20,000 nucleotides of DNA from an uncultured virus (IMG/VR IMGVR_UViG_3300029305_007917) (Duplodnaviria > Heunggongvirae > Uroviricota > Caudoviricetes): IMG/VR virus record IMGVR_UViG_3300029305_007917. One strand, written 5' to 3'. Below are positions 1 to 8,613 of this stretch, piece after piece; the first letter of the stretch is position 1; each line of letters starts with the position of its first letter. The notes under the pieces were generated by a model, which saw only the letters and a program-made list of their open reading frames with translations, had not been told where the DNA came from and did not search any database. A program made the translations under genes and the position numbers.

Positions 1-1
1 T

Positions 2-490
2 GACCGGTACTTCATCAAAGATAACCACGAGCCTATAATCGACCGTGAGACCTTTGAGAAAGTACAACAGGAAATACAAGCACGAAGTAAGAAAGCTCCT
101 AAAACTCAATCAGCTCCCTGCATTTTTACAAGTTTACTCACTTGTGGTATTTGTGGAAAGAACTATCGCAAGAAAATAAATAGTAAAAAACTTGTATGGA
201 TGTGTCCAACATATAATCACATAGGTAAATCAGCTTGTGATTCTCAAATGATACGAGATGACATTCTGAAAGAAACTTCTGCCAAAGCACTCGGTATGCC
301 GGAATTCGATGAAGAAGTTTTCAAAAAGAAAGTCAAAGGTATTCAGGTTTTGAGAAATAACAGGCTGATTTATTTTTTCACCGATGGCACATCAAAAGAG
401 ATGATATGGAAACAAAAATCTCGTGCCGATGCTTGGACTCCTGAAATGAAAGAAAAACAATCAAAACTTATTTTAGAAAGGAATTTATAA
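2..490 (+). CDS. Large serine recombinase, C-terminal part (5' end outside window)
   Basis: Frame open from position 2: DRYFIKDNHEPIIDRETFEKVQ (end of recombinase domain, cf. YFIEDSHPAIIRKEVFELVQ in 989..2554), then Zn ribbon FTSLLTCGICG...WMC...C. In frame with track ORF 200..490. Confidence 0.85.
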   Translation, partial: DRYFIKDNHEPIIDRETFEKVQQEIQARSKKAPKTQSAPCIFTSLLTCGICGKNYRKKINSKKLVWMCPTYNHIGKSACDSQMIRDDILKETSAKALGMPEFDEEVFKKKVKGIQVLRNNRLIYFFTDGTSKEMIWKQKSRADAWTPEMKEKQSKLILERNL

Positions 491-493
491 TTT

Positions 494-967
494 ATGAATC
501 AAACTATTAACAACACAACTAATGAAAACAAAATCACAAAGGTAGCGGCATATTTCTGCTATTATGCTGACCCTACAAACCCATCAAAACAGTATGATGA
601 GCAGTACGAATACTACAAGGAAAAAATCACAAGTAACCCTGACTACGAATTTACGGGCATATATGCTGATGAAACTTCAACTAATACCCGAGAGAACTTT
701 GACGCAATGGTTAAGGATGCACTCGATGGAAAGATTGACCTTATTATAATGAAATCAGTTTCTCGTCTCGGTAAGTGTACAGTTGAAAACCTCAATACGA
801 TTAGAATTCTTCGAGATAAGGGCGTTGACATTTATTTTGAAAATCAGAACTTCAGTACATTAGGTCCAAATAGTGAGCTAATACTTTCGATTTATGGTTC
901 TTTTGCGGCAGAAGAAAGAGAAAAAGCTGAAGAAGAGGAATTTCGCAGAACTCACTCTACAAACTAA
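494..967 (+). CDS. Resolvase catalytic-domain-only protein with degenerate active site
   Basis: Aligns by eye with the N-terminus of 989..2554 (EYYK..IT.NPDYEF.GIY.DE, DAL.GKID.I..K..SRLG, KGVDIYFE), but YARVS is replaced by YFCYY and it ends at helix E. RBS AAAGGA upstream. Confidence 0.8.
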   Translation: MNQTINNTTNENKITKVAAYFCYYADPTNPSKQYDEQYEYYKEKITSNPDYEFTGIYADETSTNTRENFDAMVKDALDGKIDLIIMKSVSRLGKCTVENLNTIRILRDKGVDIYFENQNFSTLGPNSELILSIYGSFAAEEREKAEEEEFRRTHSTN

Positions 968-988
968 AGAAAAGGACGGAATGATGTT

Positions 989-2554
989 ATGGCAAAAGTA
1001 ACCATTATCCCTGCATTTGCAAAGGAAGAAAACGCAGTAGCAAAAAAGAAATTAAAAGTTGCGGCATACGCTCGTGTTTCAACTGACACAGAAGAGCAGC
1101 TGAATAGCTACACTGCACAGTGCGAATATTATAAAGATTTAATTACAAACAATCCTGATTATGAATTTGTTGGGATTTACACTGACGAAGGTATTACCGG
1201 TACTTGTCTTAAGAAGCGAGATGGATTCAATCGTATGGTCGAGGATGCCTTGAATGGTAAAATTGATAAAATCTACATAAAGACAATTTCACGATTAGGA
1301 AGAAACACTGTTGATAACTTAAGTGCAATAAGAGCTCTCCGAGCAAAAGGCGTCGATATATATTTTGAAATTCAAGGTATAAATACCTTGACAATGTCAA
1401 GTGAGTTGCTTGTTACAATCTTCTCTTCTCTTGCACAAGATGAAAGTCGTTCCATAAGTGACAATGTTGCGTGGGGTAAACGAAGAAAATTTGAACGTGG
1501 TGAGTTCTCACTTCCTTACAGCAAGTTCCTCGGATACAAGAAAGGCCCCGATGGTAAGCCTGAAATCGTTGAGAAAGAAGCTGAAATCATAAGACGAATT
1601 TATAAGCTCTTTTTACAGGGTTACACACCGAGTAACATCGCACACTTGCTTACCGATGAAAAAATACCAACCCCCGGTGGTAAAGAAAAATGGTCAACAT
1701 CAACCGTAACATCCATTCTGCAGAATGAAAAATACTGTGGTTGTGCTTTGCTTCAAAAATGTTATGTTCCGGACTTCCTTACACATAAAAGTGTTCCTAA
1801 CGATGGTACATTAAAACAGTATTTCATTGAAGACAGTCACCCTGCAATTATTCGCAAAGAAGTATTTGAATTGGTACAAGGTGAATTTGAAAAACGCAAA
1901 GACCAAAAGCGTATGGTTCGTAGCAATGTATTCAGTGGCAAGATATTCTGTGCTGATTGTGGTGGCTTGTATGGTGCAAAGTTATGGCATTCTACTGACA
2001 AATACAAAAAGACAATATTCCAATGCAACAACAAATTCAAGAACAAGCAGAAATGCACCACAGGTAATATTTCAGAAGAAACTATAAAAATTCTTTTCTT
2101 AAAAGCCGTAACAAACATCCTTGCAAATGACGATTATATGGATGTAAAGGAAATGATACTTGAGCAGTTTGCAGATGACCCTAAATTGGAAGATACCCTT
2201 TTAACCTTGCAGGCACAGGCAGCGAACCTTACACAGCAAGTTGAAATGCTTATCAACAGTTCTGCAAAGACCGGTAATGCACAAGTATTCCAAAGACAGT
2301 ATGAATTATTGAAAACTGACCACGAAAAGGTTGTTTTGAAAATTGAAACAACTGAAAATGCAATAACGGAAAAACGCAGAAAACATGTTACAATTTCCGA
2401 GTTTTTTAATACACTTGAAGAAATCCATAACACTGAACTTTCATTCAGTGAAGACCTATGGACAAGCCTTGTTGAAAAGGCTGTGGTTGGTAAGAACACA
2501 ATAACATTCATTTTCAAAGACGGAAGTGAAGAAACACTCCCAATCAAAATTTAA
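989..2554 (+). CDS. Large serine recombinase (resolvase + recombinase + Zn ribbon + coiled coil)
   Basis: AAYARVSTD catalytic motif, SRLGRN, FLGY, ILQNEKYCG, HPAII, Zn ribbon CADCG...C...C, coiled coil, ITFIFKDG tail; RBS AAAGGA. Confidence 0.95.
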   Translation: MAKVTIIPAFAKEENAVAKKKLKVAAYARVSTDTEEQLNSYTAQCEYYKDLITNNPDYEFVGIYTDEGITGTCLKKRDGFNRMVEDALNGKIDKIYIKTISRLGRNTVDNLSAIRALRAKGVDIYFEIQGINTLTMSSELLVTIFSSLAQDESRSISDNVAWGKRRKFERGEFSLPYSKFLGYKKGPDGKPEIVEKEAEIIRRIYKLFLQGYTPSNIAHLLTDEKIPTPGGKEKWSTSTVTSILQNEKYCGCALLQKCYVPDFLTHKSVPNDGTLKQYFIEDSHPAIIRKEVFELVQGEFEKRKDQKRMVRSNVFSGKIFCADCGGLYGAKLWHSTDKYKKTIFQCNNKFKNKQKCTTGNISEETIKILFLKAVTNILANDDYMDVKEMILEQFADDPKLEDTLLTLQAQAANLTQQVEMLINSSAKTGNAQVFQRQYELLKTDHEKVVLKIETTENAITEKRRKHVTISEFFNTLEEIHNTELSFSEDLWTSLVEKAVVGKNTITFIFKDGSEETLPIKI

Positions 2555-2571
2555 GATATAACAGATTAACA

Positions 2572-2611
2572 CCCCACAGGAATTTTATGTAGTTCTTGTG
2601 GGGCATTTTTT
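2572..2611 (+). terminator. Intrinsic terminator after the recombinase cluster
   Basis: CCCCACAGGAA / TTCTTGTGGGG stem followed by a T tract. Confidence 0.75.
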
Positions 2612-2655
2612 GTTATCAAAACATTCCTCTTTCAAGTTTACAGATGGGTATTGTT

Positions 2656-3561
2656 TTAATCGTTTTCACCGTTATCATCGATACAACTATCTTCATCAAA
2701 ATCATCAAGGCTGAACTGCTCTTCAGCTAAACGCAGCTCTTCCTCGTATTCTTCAGGGAAGCCTGTACGCTTTTTTCGTCTGTTAGAATATAGGGTTGAC
2801 CACTTAAGTGCATTCTTCATTTTTTTGTTATAAACAGTAAGTAATGCCTCTGCGTATCCCATTGAACCTGACTGCCTTTCACGGGCGTTCCTAATAATCT
2901 CCTTGAGTGAAACTACACTTAACTTTTCTTTGAACAGCTCATCATTCAAACTGTCACCATAAGCATTTACAAGTGTTGCTATGCCTTTGAGCATATTTGC
3001 AGAAAAGGAATTAGCATCTCCTTCCCAAGTACCAATGCACAATCGCATAGTTCTATCCAAACAATGGTATCCGTACCTATCCATAATTTCTTCCAAAGAA
3101 GCTATTGCACAAATACCACCGGGTTTTTTACCATTACTGATTTTCAATCCGTATGACTCGACAAGAGCTTTAATCATCAACTGCTTATCGTTTCCGGCTT
3201 CGATGTTTGCCATAAAAATTTCATAAGGTAAAAGTGCCTTCGTGTACTTGAGCTGATTCGCAAAAATATCTGCTTCTTCTTCGTAATCCAAATCATCGTA
3301 AACCATACACCAAACAGGAGTATCACGAGAGCCTGAAACAAGAGCTACAATTTCAATGGTGTGCTGACCATTAAAAACATAATTAACTCCGTTTCTGCGA
3401 CTTACTTTTACAGGGTTGATTTGGTATAAATCAAAATTATCTGCTGCTTTTTGCACATGTTTTACAGACAGATTTCTTTGATAATCTTGGTTTGAAACAA
3501 GGTTTTTTATAGGTATTTGTTCAAAGTGTACCTGTGGAACGAATTCTGAATAATCTATCAT
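2656..3561 (-). CDS. ParB/Srx-like N-terminal domain protein (DUF6551-like) with acidic tail
   Basis: YQR...V.VSRR...YVFNGQHT resembles the ParB-superfamily YQR/DGQH signature; ATGA overlap with upstream gene. Confidence 0.7.
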   Translation of the reverse strand: MIDYSEFVPQVHFEQIPIKNLVSNQDYQRNLSVKHVQKAADNFDLYQINPVKVSRRNGVNYVFNGQHTIEIVALVSGSRDTPVWCMVYDDLDYEEEADIFANQLKYTKALLPYEIFMANIEAGNDKQLMIKALVESYGLKISNGKKPGGICAIASLEEIMDRYGYHCLDRTMRLCIGTWEGDANSFSANMLKGIATLVNAYGDSLNDELFKEKLSVVSLKEIIRNARERQSGSMGYAEALLTVYNKKMKNALKWSTLYSNRRKKRTGFPEEYEEELRLAEEQFSLDDFDEDSCIDDNGEND

Positions 3562-4475
3562 TTTTCTTTACCTCTCAATGCATCCTGCATTCCTTCTGCT
3601 GCACTATTCAAGTCATATAACGCCATAAATGTATTGATTCGTGCATTATCACTTACTTCTGTTAAATTAACATTTTTCTTGACCCTTTCAATTGAACTTA
3701 TCCACGAGGGTATGGTTAAACACAAACTCGATAATTCTGCATCCGGGTCATATTCGGGCATATTTTTTATTGCAATTGTCGGTTTTTCGGATTGCATTTT
3801 TGATGCCCTTCTTGTTTTCGGAGGTGAAAATTCACCACGATGTTGCTTGAATTCCGAAAAGTCTTTCTTCTGTATAACAAGATGTTCATACAGTTTTTTC
3901 AATTCTCTGTCTGTTAAACAAACCAATTCAGCAATGTTTTCTTGCGATATGAAAACCTTTCCTTCTAACAATGCATCTGCAAGTTCCGGTAGGCTTTCAC
4001 GAACGTGGTCAATGCCTATGGAATATAGGAAATACTTGTTCAATGTATTCCGTGAAAATTCATACTCAAGTGCCATATCAGTCATACTCTTTCCGTCACG
4101 GTCTTTTTCATCTTTCGTGGCTCTTGGTGGAATTTTACCTTTAGGAGCTTCATCCTTTTCATACGAATATCGCTTACCGATGCAATACCATCGTGTTTCT
4201 TTTGGTAGGTCTTCACGCATAGCTTGTTTTTCACAAATCCACGCCTTAACCTTTTCTTTGCAGAAATACTTCAGCTTGATGTAGCTTATGGGCAGGTCAT
4301 AATCTTTTGCAATCATATACTCATCGTAGCCGTCCACAATGTGGTTCTTCCATATTGTGACTTCCGCATAACCTTTATTCAAAACAAGGTCTTCAAGTTG
4401 ATTTCTTGCTTTAGTTTTTCTTGGAAACATCAACCATAAAAATTCATTAGTTATTTTAACTTCAAAATCATTCAT
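3558..4475 (-). CDS. Divergent ParB-like protein with probable HTH
   Basis: IWKNHIVDGYDEY...AWICEKQAMREDL resembles ParB-N (IVDGHNRY...NQLGRRNL); MALEYEFSRNTL is HTH-like; RBS GGAGTG. Confidence 0.6.
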   Translation of the reverse strand: MNDFEVKITNEFLWLMFPRKTKARNQLEDLVLNKGYAEVTIWKNHIVDGYDEYMIAKDYDLPISYIKLKYFCKEKVKAWICEKQAMREDLPKETRWYCIGKRYSYEKDEAPKGKIPPRATKDEKDRDGKSMTDMALEYEFSRNTLNKYFLYSIGIDHVRESLPELADALLEGKVFISQENIAELVCLTDRELKKLYEHLVIQKKDFSEFKQHRGEFSPPKTRRASKMQSEKPTIAIKNMPEYDPDAELSSLCLTIPSWISSIERVKKNVNLTEVSDNARINTFMALYDLNSAAEGMQDALRGKEK

Positions 4476-4486
4476 TTTTCACACTC

Positions 4487-4831
4487 CTATACCACAGACT
4501 TTAGGTCAAACATAGCAACATTCTCTGATTCTACAATTTCACCTATCAGCTTGTAGTTCTTATTCTTATCCCAACCGGGACACACCTTTGCCAATGTTTC
4601 TATAAGGTTTTTACTGTAAAGTTCATAGGAAGAGTGTGCAGGTCTGCTCCAATCAATCTTATGCGCGAGTTTTGCTTTTTTACCTACAGGACGAATTGCA
4701 ATAAACAAATCATCCGGGTTCACAAGAAGCTGAATATAATCAGGCTCACCCAATAAATGAAGGGTTTTCTTGTACACCCTGATGCGACTCTTCTTTTGGT
4801 CTATCGAAATTAGTGCTGTTTTGTTTTTCAT
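4487..4831 (-). CDS. Hypothetical protein, minimal stand-alone copy of the operon's repeated domain
   Basis: LGEPDYIQLLVNP...IAIRP...W...YKLIGE...FDL is shared with 4746..5549 and the C-terminus of 5437..7410; RBS GAGG. Confidence 0.8.
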   Translation of the reverse strand: MKNKTALISIDQKKSRIRVYKKTLHLLGEPDYIQLLVNPDDLFIAIRPVGKKAKLAHKIDWSRPAHSSYELYSKNLIETLAKVCPGWDKNKNYKLIGEIVESENVAMFDLKSVV

Positions 4832-5549
4832 CGGTTATTGCCTCACTTTCATTATTTGCATTTTGTGGTTCATCTTTAATACCGAAAACTGCATAGCCAT
4901 CAAAAATATCAATTTGTAATTGTTTTTTATGCTCCTCAACCGGTAAGCCGAATTGATTCTGCCATTCAGCCGGAAATACGGGTGTTCTTGTAGCCCTTGG
5001 TTTTCCGTCCTTGACAATAATCCTCTGAAAGATTTCCGGGGAATTCAAATCAAACACAAAGAGTCTTTCACCATTTGACTCAATCAGTTTGCCAAGCAAT
5101 TTATATCGGTACTGTGGATTCCATTCCATCAATGACACAACCTTGGCAAAGAACATACGACAAGTGATTTGCTTTGGTTTCTTTTTACCCGTATTTCTGT
5201 TAATGCTACACCACAAAAACGAGTCTTTTTCATCTTCCTTACACGGACGCACAGCAAGTTTCTTCTCTATTGGGTTTACCAATATTTGAACATAATCTGC
5301 TTCTGGCACTTTCCTTATACATGCAGTATTCAGCGAAACCCTACAGTTATTAAAGGTGATGGATGGCTCAAACATATGAGCAAAAAACTCACCCCTTACA
5401 ACTTGATATCCGTCATAACTGAAAGCATCGTCACTTTCAATATCCGTAGGAGTTGCTTGGTTCTGAATACTCGTTACTGTCACTTCCGTAGGTGACTGTT
5501 TCAATTCCGGATGATGGGTATCCATCAGTTGGTTCTTCTCTTCGTACAT
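4746..5549 (-). CDS. Recombinase-associated hypothetical protein, paralogous to the C-terminal domain of the upstream recombinase
   Basis: 267-aa ORF with RBS GAGGT; motifs FSYDGYQVVRGEFF, YVQILVNP..KKLAVRP, FDL, FPAEW...FG. Confidence 0.85.
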   Translation of the reverse strand: MYEEKNQLMDTHHPELKQSPTEVTVTSIQNQATPTDIESDDAFSYDGYQVVRGEFFAHMFEPSITFNNCRVSLNTACIRKVPEADYVQILVNPIEKKLAVRPCKEDEKDSFLWCSINRNTGKKKPKQITCRMFFAKVVSLMEWNPQYRYKLLGKLIESNGERLFVFDLNSPEIFQRIIVKDGKPRATRTPVFPAEWQNQFGLPVEEHKKQLQIDIFDGYAVFGIKDEPQNANNESEAITDEKQNSTNFDRPKEESHQGVQENPSFIG

Positions 5550-7410
5550 AGTTCTGTTTTACCTCTTTTCTCATTTCTGCGATGATTTGGTCTATACTTT
5601 CTTTAATAACTGTGCCACTTGTTATATTGAGTTCAGCGTCAGTATATGGTTTGCCTGTCATATCAATATCCCAAGTTCCGTGTTTGGAATAATATTCCAT
5701 CTCTATTTGTTGAGCTCTTCTGTAATAGTCAGTACCAAAATTATCTGCCCACTCCACCGGATAAGCACATACCGATTTTTGAGTCGATACTATAGGCACT
5801 GCTTTTTCTTCATCAGTGTCTGTAGCGTTGTTTGGTATAAAGACTTCCGTTTCTGTCATATCGAACAGCAATACTGACTCTGTGCCATTCTGCTTTCTTA
5901 CACCGATTACTCGAATTTTGGAATCAGTACGCCAACCGAACATAGCAAAAAATGTCTGCAAAAATGCTGACCCTGAAATCTTCCTTGCTACAGTGCCTTC
6001 CGGTGCAACTCTTAACCACTTAATAGCATTACGATTACCTTTCTGTGATGGTCGCACGGCTAATGTTTTCTTGATAGGATGAATGAGCAATTCAACATAT
6101 TCACAAGTGCCAAGTTTCCTTATGCATTCCATACCGAATACAACCTCTCTCATAGTGAAACTTGCATTTACTTTGAGTGGCGTATTGAAAAACTGCGACC
6201 TTGCAATTTCAAAGCCGCGAAGGTCAAAATCACCACTTTTTGCTTCAACTTGGTTATCTTCATTAGGTAGGTCAATAACCCCGTCATAAACGCTCTCACA
6301 AGCCTTTATGTACTCATCAATAGTGAACCCTGCCCATCGCGGATTAACCGATATAAAGCCTTTTAACGCGCCATCCGGTATGACATGAAGTTCAGGCAAG
6401 AAACCCTTGCTACCACCATATTTTGCATTAGCGATTATCTTCTGAACTGCAATAAAGTCATCCCTTGAAATTATAGGCTCGTGGTGGTCACGTTTTCTGT
6501 ACTGATTTCGGTCGTGATTGTTCTTCTTTGACTTGTGATTCAAGTAATTAGGTGTCCACGTTTTTCGAGCCAATACATCACCACAGTGTCTTTCATTTTG
6601 CAGAATTTGAAGAATTGATGTGGGATTCCATTGTGTATTGCCCTTCTTGGTTTTTCTTCCCAATTCAGTTAGTGTTTCAGCAATTTCTCGGCAGGTGTAA
6701 CCATACAAATACATAAAGAAAATTAACCTAACTGTCTTTGCCTCATCTTCGTTGATTACAAGGTTTCCGTCCTCATCGTGGTCATATCCCAATAAAACCG
6801 GGGTAAGGAAGATACCTCTTCTGAAACGCATTTCAACCGATGCATTCATAATTTCACTTTTGTTGTGACTTTCTTCTTGAGCAAGAGTTGAGATGAATGA
6901 CAGGCTCATTTCACTGTTTGGATTGAGAGTGAATATATTCTCCGTTTCAAAGAAAACACCAATGGGTGGATTCATTGCTGCAAGTTCTCTCACATACCCA
7001 ATACAGTCGATAACATTACGGGCAAAACGAGATACGCTTTTTGTAACAATTAAGTCGATTTTGTGTTCTTTACAATCATTAATCATTTCAACAAATGCAT
7101 CTCGGTGTTGCAATGATGTACCGGAAATACCTTCATCGGCATAAATCTTATACAGATTCCAACCGGGATGTCTGTCAACTACATCCAAGTAGTGGTTCTT
7201 CTGTAATTCATACGATGAGGTTTGCCTTGGGTCATCCGTTGAAACACGTGCATAAACACCGACTCGCTTTTCGTTATTTTCATCATAAAAATCTTCCTGT
7301 GGATTGGCAGGAATGAAATCAAGCTCGTCAGGGTCAATGCCACGATAACGCTCACGAATTCGTTGCTTTTTCAACTCTGCTGCTGAAAGTTTTTGTTCGT
7401 TTTCTATCAC
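5437..7410 (-). CDS. Large serine recombinase with an uncharacterised C-terminal domain in place of the Zn ribbon
   Basis: VYARVSTD, DEGISG, KSVSRFARN, LGY, ILQNERHCG, HEPII; no CxxC Zn ribbon afterwards; GTG start with AGGAGGT RBS. Confidence 0.93.
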   Translation of the reverse strand: MIENEQKLSAAELKKQRIRERYRGIDPDELDFIPANPQEDFYDENNEKRVGVYARVSTDDPRQTSSYELQKNHYLDVVDRHPGWNLYKIYADEGISGTSLQHRDAFVEMINDCKEHKIDLIVTKSVSRFARNVIDCIGYVRELAAMNPPIGVFFETENIFTLNPNSEMSLSFISTLAQEESHNKSEIMNASVEMRFRRGIFLTPVLLGYDHDEDGNLVINEDEAKTVRLIFFMYLYGYTCREIAETLTELGRKTKKGNTQWNPTSILQILQNERHCGDVLARKTWTPNYLNHKSKKNNHDRNQYRKRDHHEPIISRDDFIAVQKIIANAKYGGSKGFLPELHVIPDGALKGFISVNPRWAGFTIDEYIKACESVYDGVIDLPNEDNQVEAKSGDFDLRGFEIARSQFFNTPLKVNASFTMREVVFGMECIRKLGTCEYVELLIHPIKKTLAVRPSQKGNRNAIKWLRVAPEGTVARKISGSAFLQTFFAMFGWRTDSKIRVIGVRKQNGTESVLLFDMTETEVFIPNNATDTDEEKAVPIVSTQKSVCAYPVEWADNFGTDYYRRAQQIEMEYYSKHGTWDIDMTGKPYTDAELNITSGTVIKESIDQIIAEMRKEVKQNYVRREEPTDGYPSSGIETVTYGSDSNEYSEPSNSYGY

Positions 7411-7524
7411 TTTTTTACCTCCTTTTCTTTCGTGATAGAATAAGTTTACTACCTTGAAAAATGCGATAAAAGGGACTGAAAGTCCAGAAATTTCCTGTGA
7501 GTGCCAATTATGAAAATTTATTAC

Positions 7525-7553
7525 TTGACTAATGCGAAAAACCTATTTATACT
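7525..7553 (+). promoter_or_regulatory. SigA-like promoter of the XRE gene
   Basis: TTGACT-17 bp-TATACT. Confidence 0.6.
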
Positions 7554-7578
7554 ACCACTACCTTGATAAAGGAAAGGG

Positions 7579-7980
7579 GTGAAAACAGTGAAAATAGAGT
7601 ATGCTGTTATAGGAAAACGCATCAAAAGATGCCGTAAGAAATTAGGGTACTCACAGGAGTCATTTGCAGAAATTCTTGAAATTTCAGCATCGCATTTGCA
7701 TAAGATTGAAACGGGAATAAGATGCCCGAGTTTGGAAGTTCTCTATGCTATAGCACTTAAACTGAATGTGTCAGTTGACTATCTGCTGATGGGTTCAGAA
7801 CAACAGAACCATAGTATCGTTGACTTCAACATTTCAAGTCTCTTGGGAGATTGCCGACCTTACGAACAAAAGGTTATTCTGACAATTGCAAATCAACTGA
7901 AAATTGCGTTGATTGAAAATCGTCCGGATATCGAAGTACACCTAAAACAACATACAATCAATCGATTTCACCCATATTAA
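7579..7980 (+). CDS. XRE-family HTH transcriptional regulator (start may be GTG at 7588)
   Basis: IGKRIKRCRKKLGYSQESFAEILEISASHLHKIETG.RCPSL...LNVSVDYLL, a classic HTH_3 pattern. Confidence 0.92.
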   Translation: MKTVKIEYAVIGKRIKRCRKKLGYSQESFAEILEISASHLHKIETGIRCPSLEVLYAIALKLNVSVDYLLMGSEQQNHSIVDFNISSLLGDCRPYEQKVILTIANQLKIALIENRPDIEVHLKQHTINRFHPY

Positions 7981-8028
7981 AAGCACTTATGTAGATGGAA
8001 AGTTAATCCAACTTCATAGGTGCTTTTT
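7979..8028 (+). terminator. Probable (bidirectional) intrinsic terminator
   Basis: AAAAGCACTTATG ... CATAGGTGCTTTTTT inverted repeat. Confidence 0.65.
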
Positions 8029-8066
8029 TATATTGGAAATTCGGTTGTAAGGAAGGAGGTGAACCA

Positions 8067-8297
8067 TTGTCAACGGTCAGCTACAAGAAACTCTTCAAGC
8101 TCCTAATTGACAAGGAAATGAAGAAAAGTGAACTTGTGAAAAAAGCTCATATAAGCTCCTCAACGCTAACAAAAATGCGAAAGGAAAACGCAGTTATAAG
8201 AAGTGATGCCCTTGAAAGAATTTGTGTTGCTTTGGGTTGTACCCTGAATGATATTATGGAAATTAAAGGAGATAACAATAATGAAAAAATCAACTGA
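8067..8297 (+). CDS. Cro/C1-type HTH regulator (HTH_26-like)
   Basis: VSYKKLFKLLIDKEMKKSEL...ISSSTLTKM...LERICVALGCTLNDIME; AGGAGGT RBS before a TTG start. Confidence 0.88.
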   Translation: MSTVSYKKLFKLLIDKEMKKSELVKKAHISSSTLTKMRKENAVIRSDALERICVALGCTLNDIMEIKGDNNNEKIN

Positions 8298-8613
8298 AGA
8301 ATTTATTGCTGAAGGCGGAGCTACTTGTGAGTTCTGTAACCAAAGAATGCTGAAAGCCAATGGTTGTACTTACACCCATTTGGAATGCAACGGAAAACTG
8401 TACCCAAGAAGAAAGCACGGTGAGGAAGGACACGCATTCCCGGACGATTTGCGATGCCACGATTGTGGGGCAAAGGTTGGTTATTACCACCACTTCGGTT
8501 GTGATATGGAACGATGCCCGATTTGTGGACGACAGCTCATCTCCTGCGATTGTGAGATAACCCACCTCCATAGAATTAAAGTCAATAGAAAGGATGGTCG
8601 AAATGGAAAATAA
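8281..8613 (+). CDS. Cys/His-rich putative multi-zinc-binding protein
   Basis: ATG at 8281 after AAGGAG; CEFC, CHDC, HHFGC, CPIC and CDC motifs. Confidence 0.75.
   Translation: MKKSTEEFIAEGGATCEFCNQRMLKANGCTYTHLECNGKLYPRRKHGEEGHAFPDDLRCHDCGAKVGYYHHFGCDMERCPICGRQLISCDCEITHLHRIKVNRKDGRNGK

Noticed and set aside
3634..4284. Long antisense ORFs (also 2134..2547, 8290..8805, 12970..13494)
   Set aside because: Shadows of well-supported opposite-strand genes, with no motifs.
4746..5549. Calling the 267-aa protein an integrase
   Set aside because: No serine-, tyrosine- or DDE-type catalytic motif is visible; it matches only the non-catalytic tail of the recombinase.
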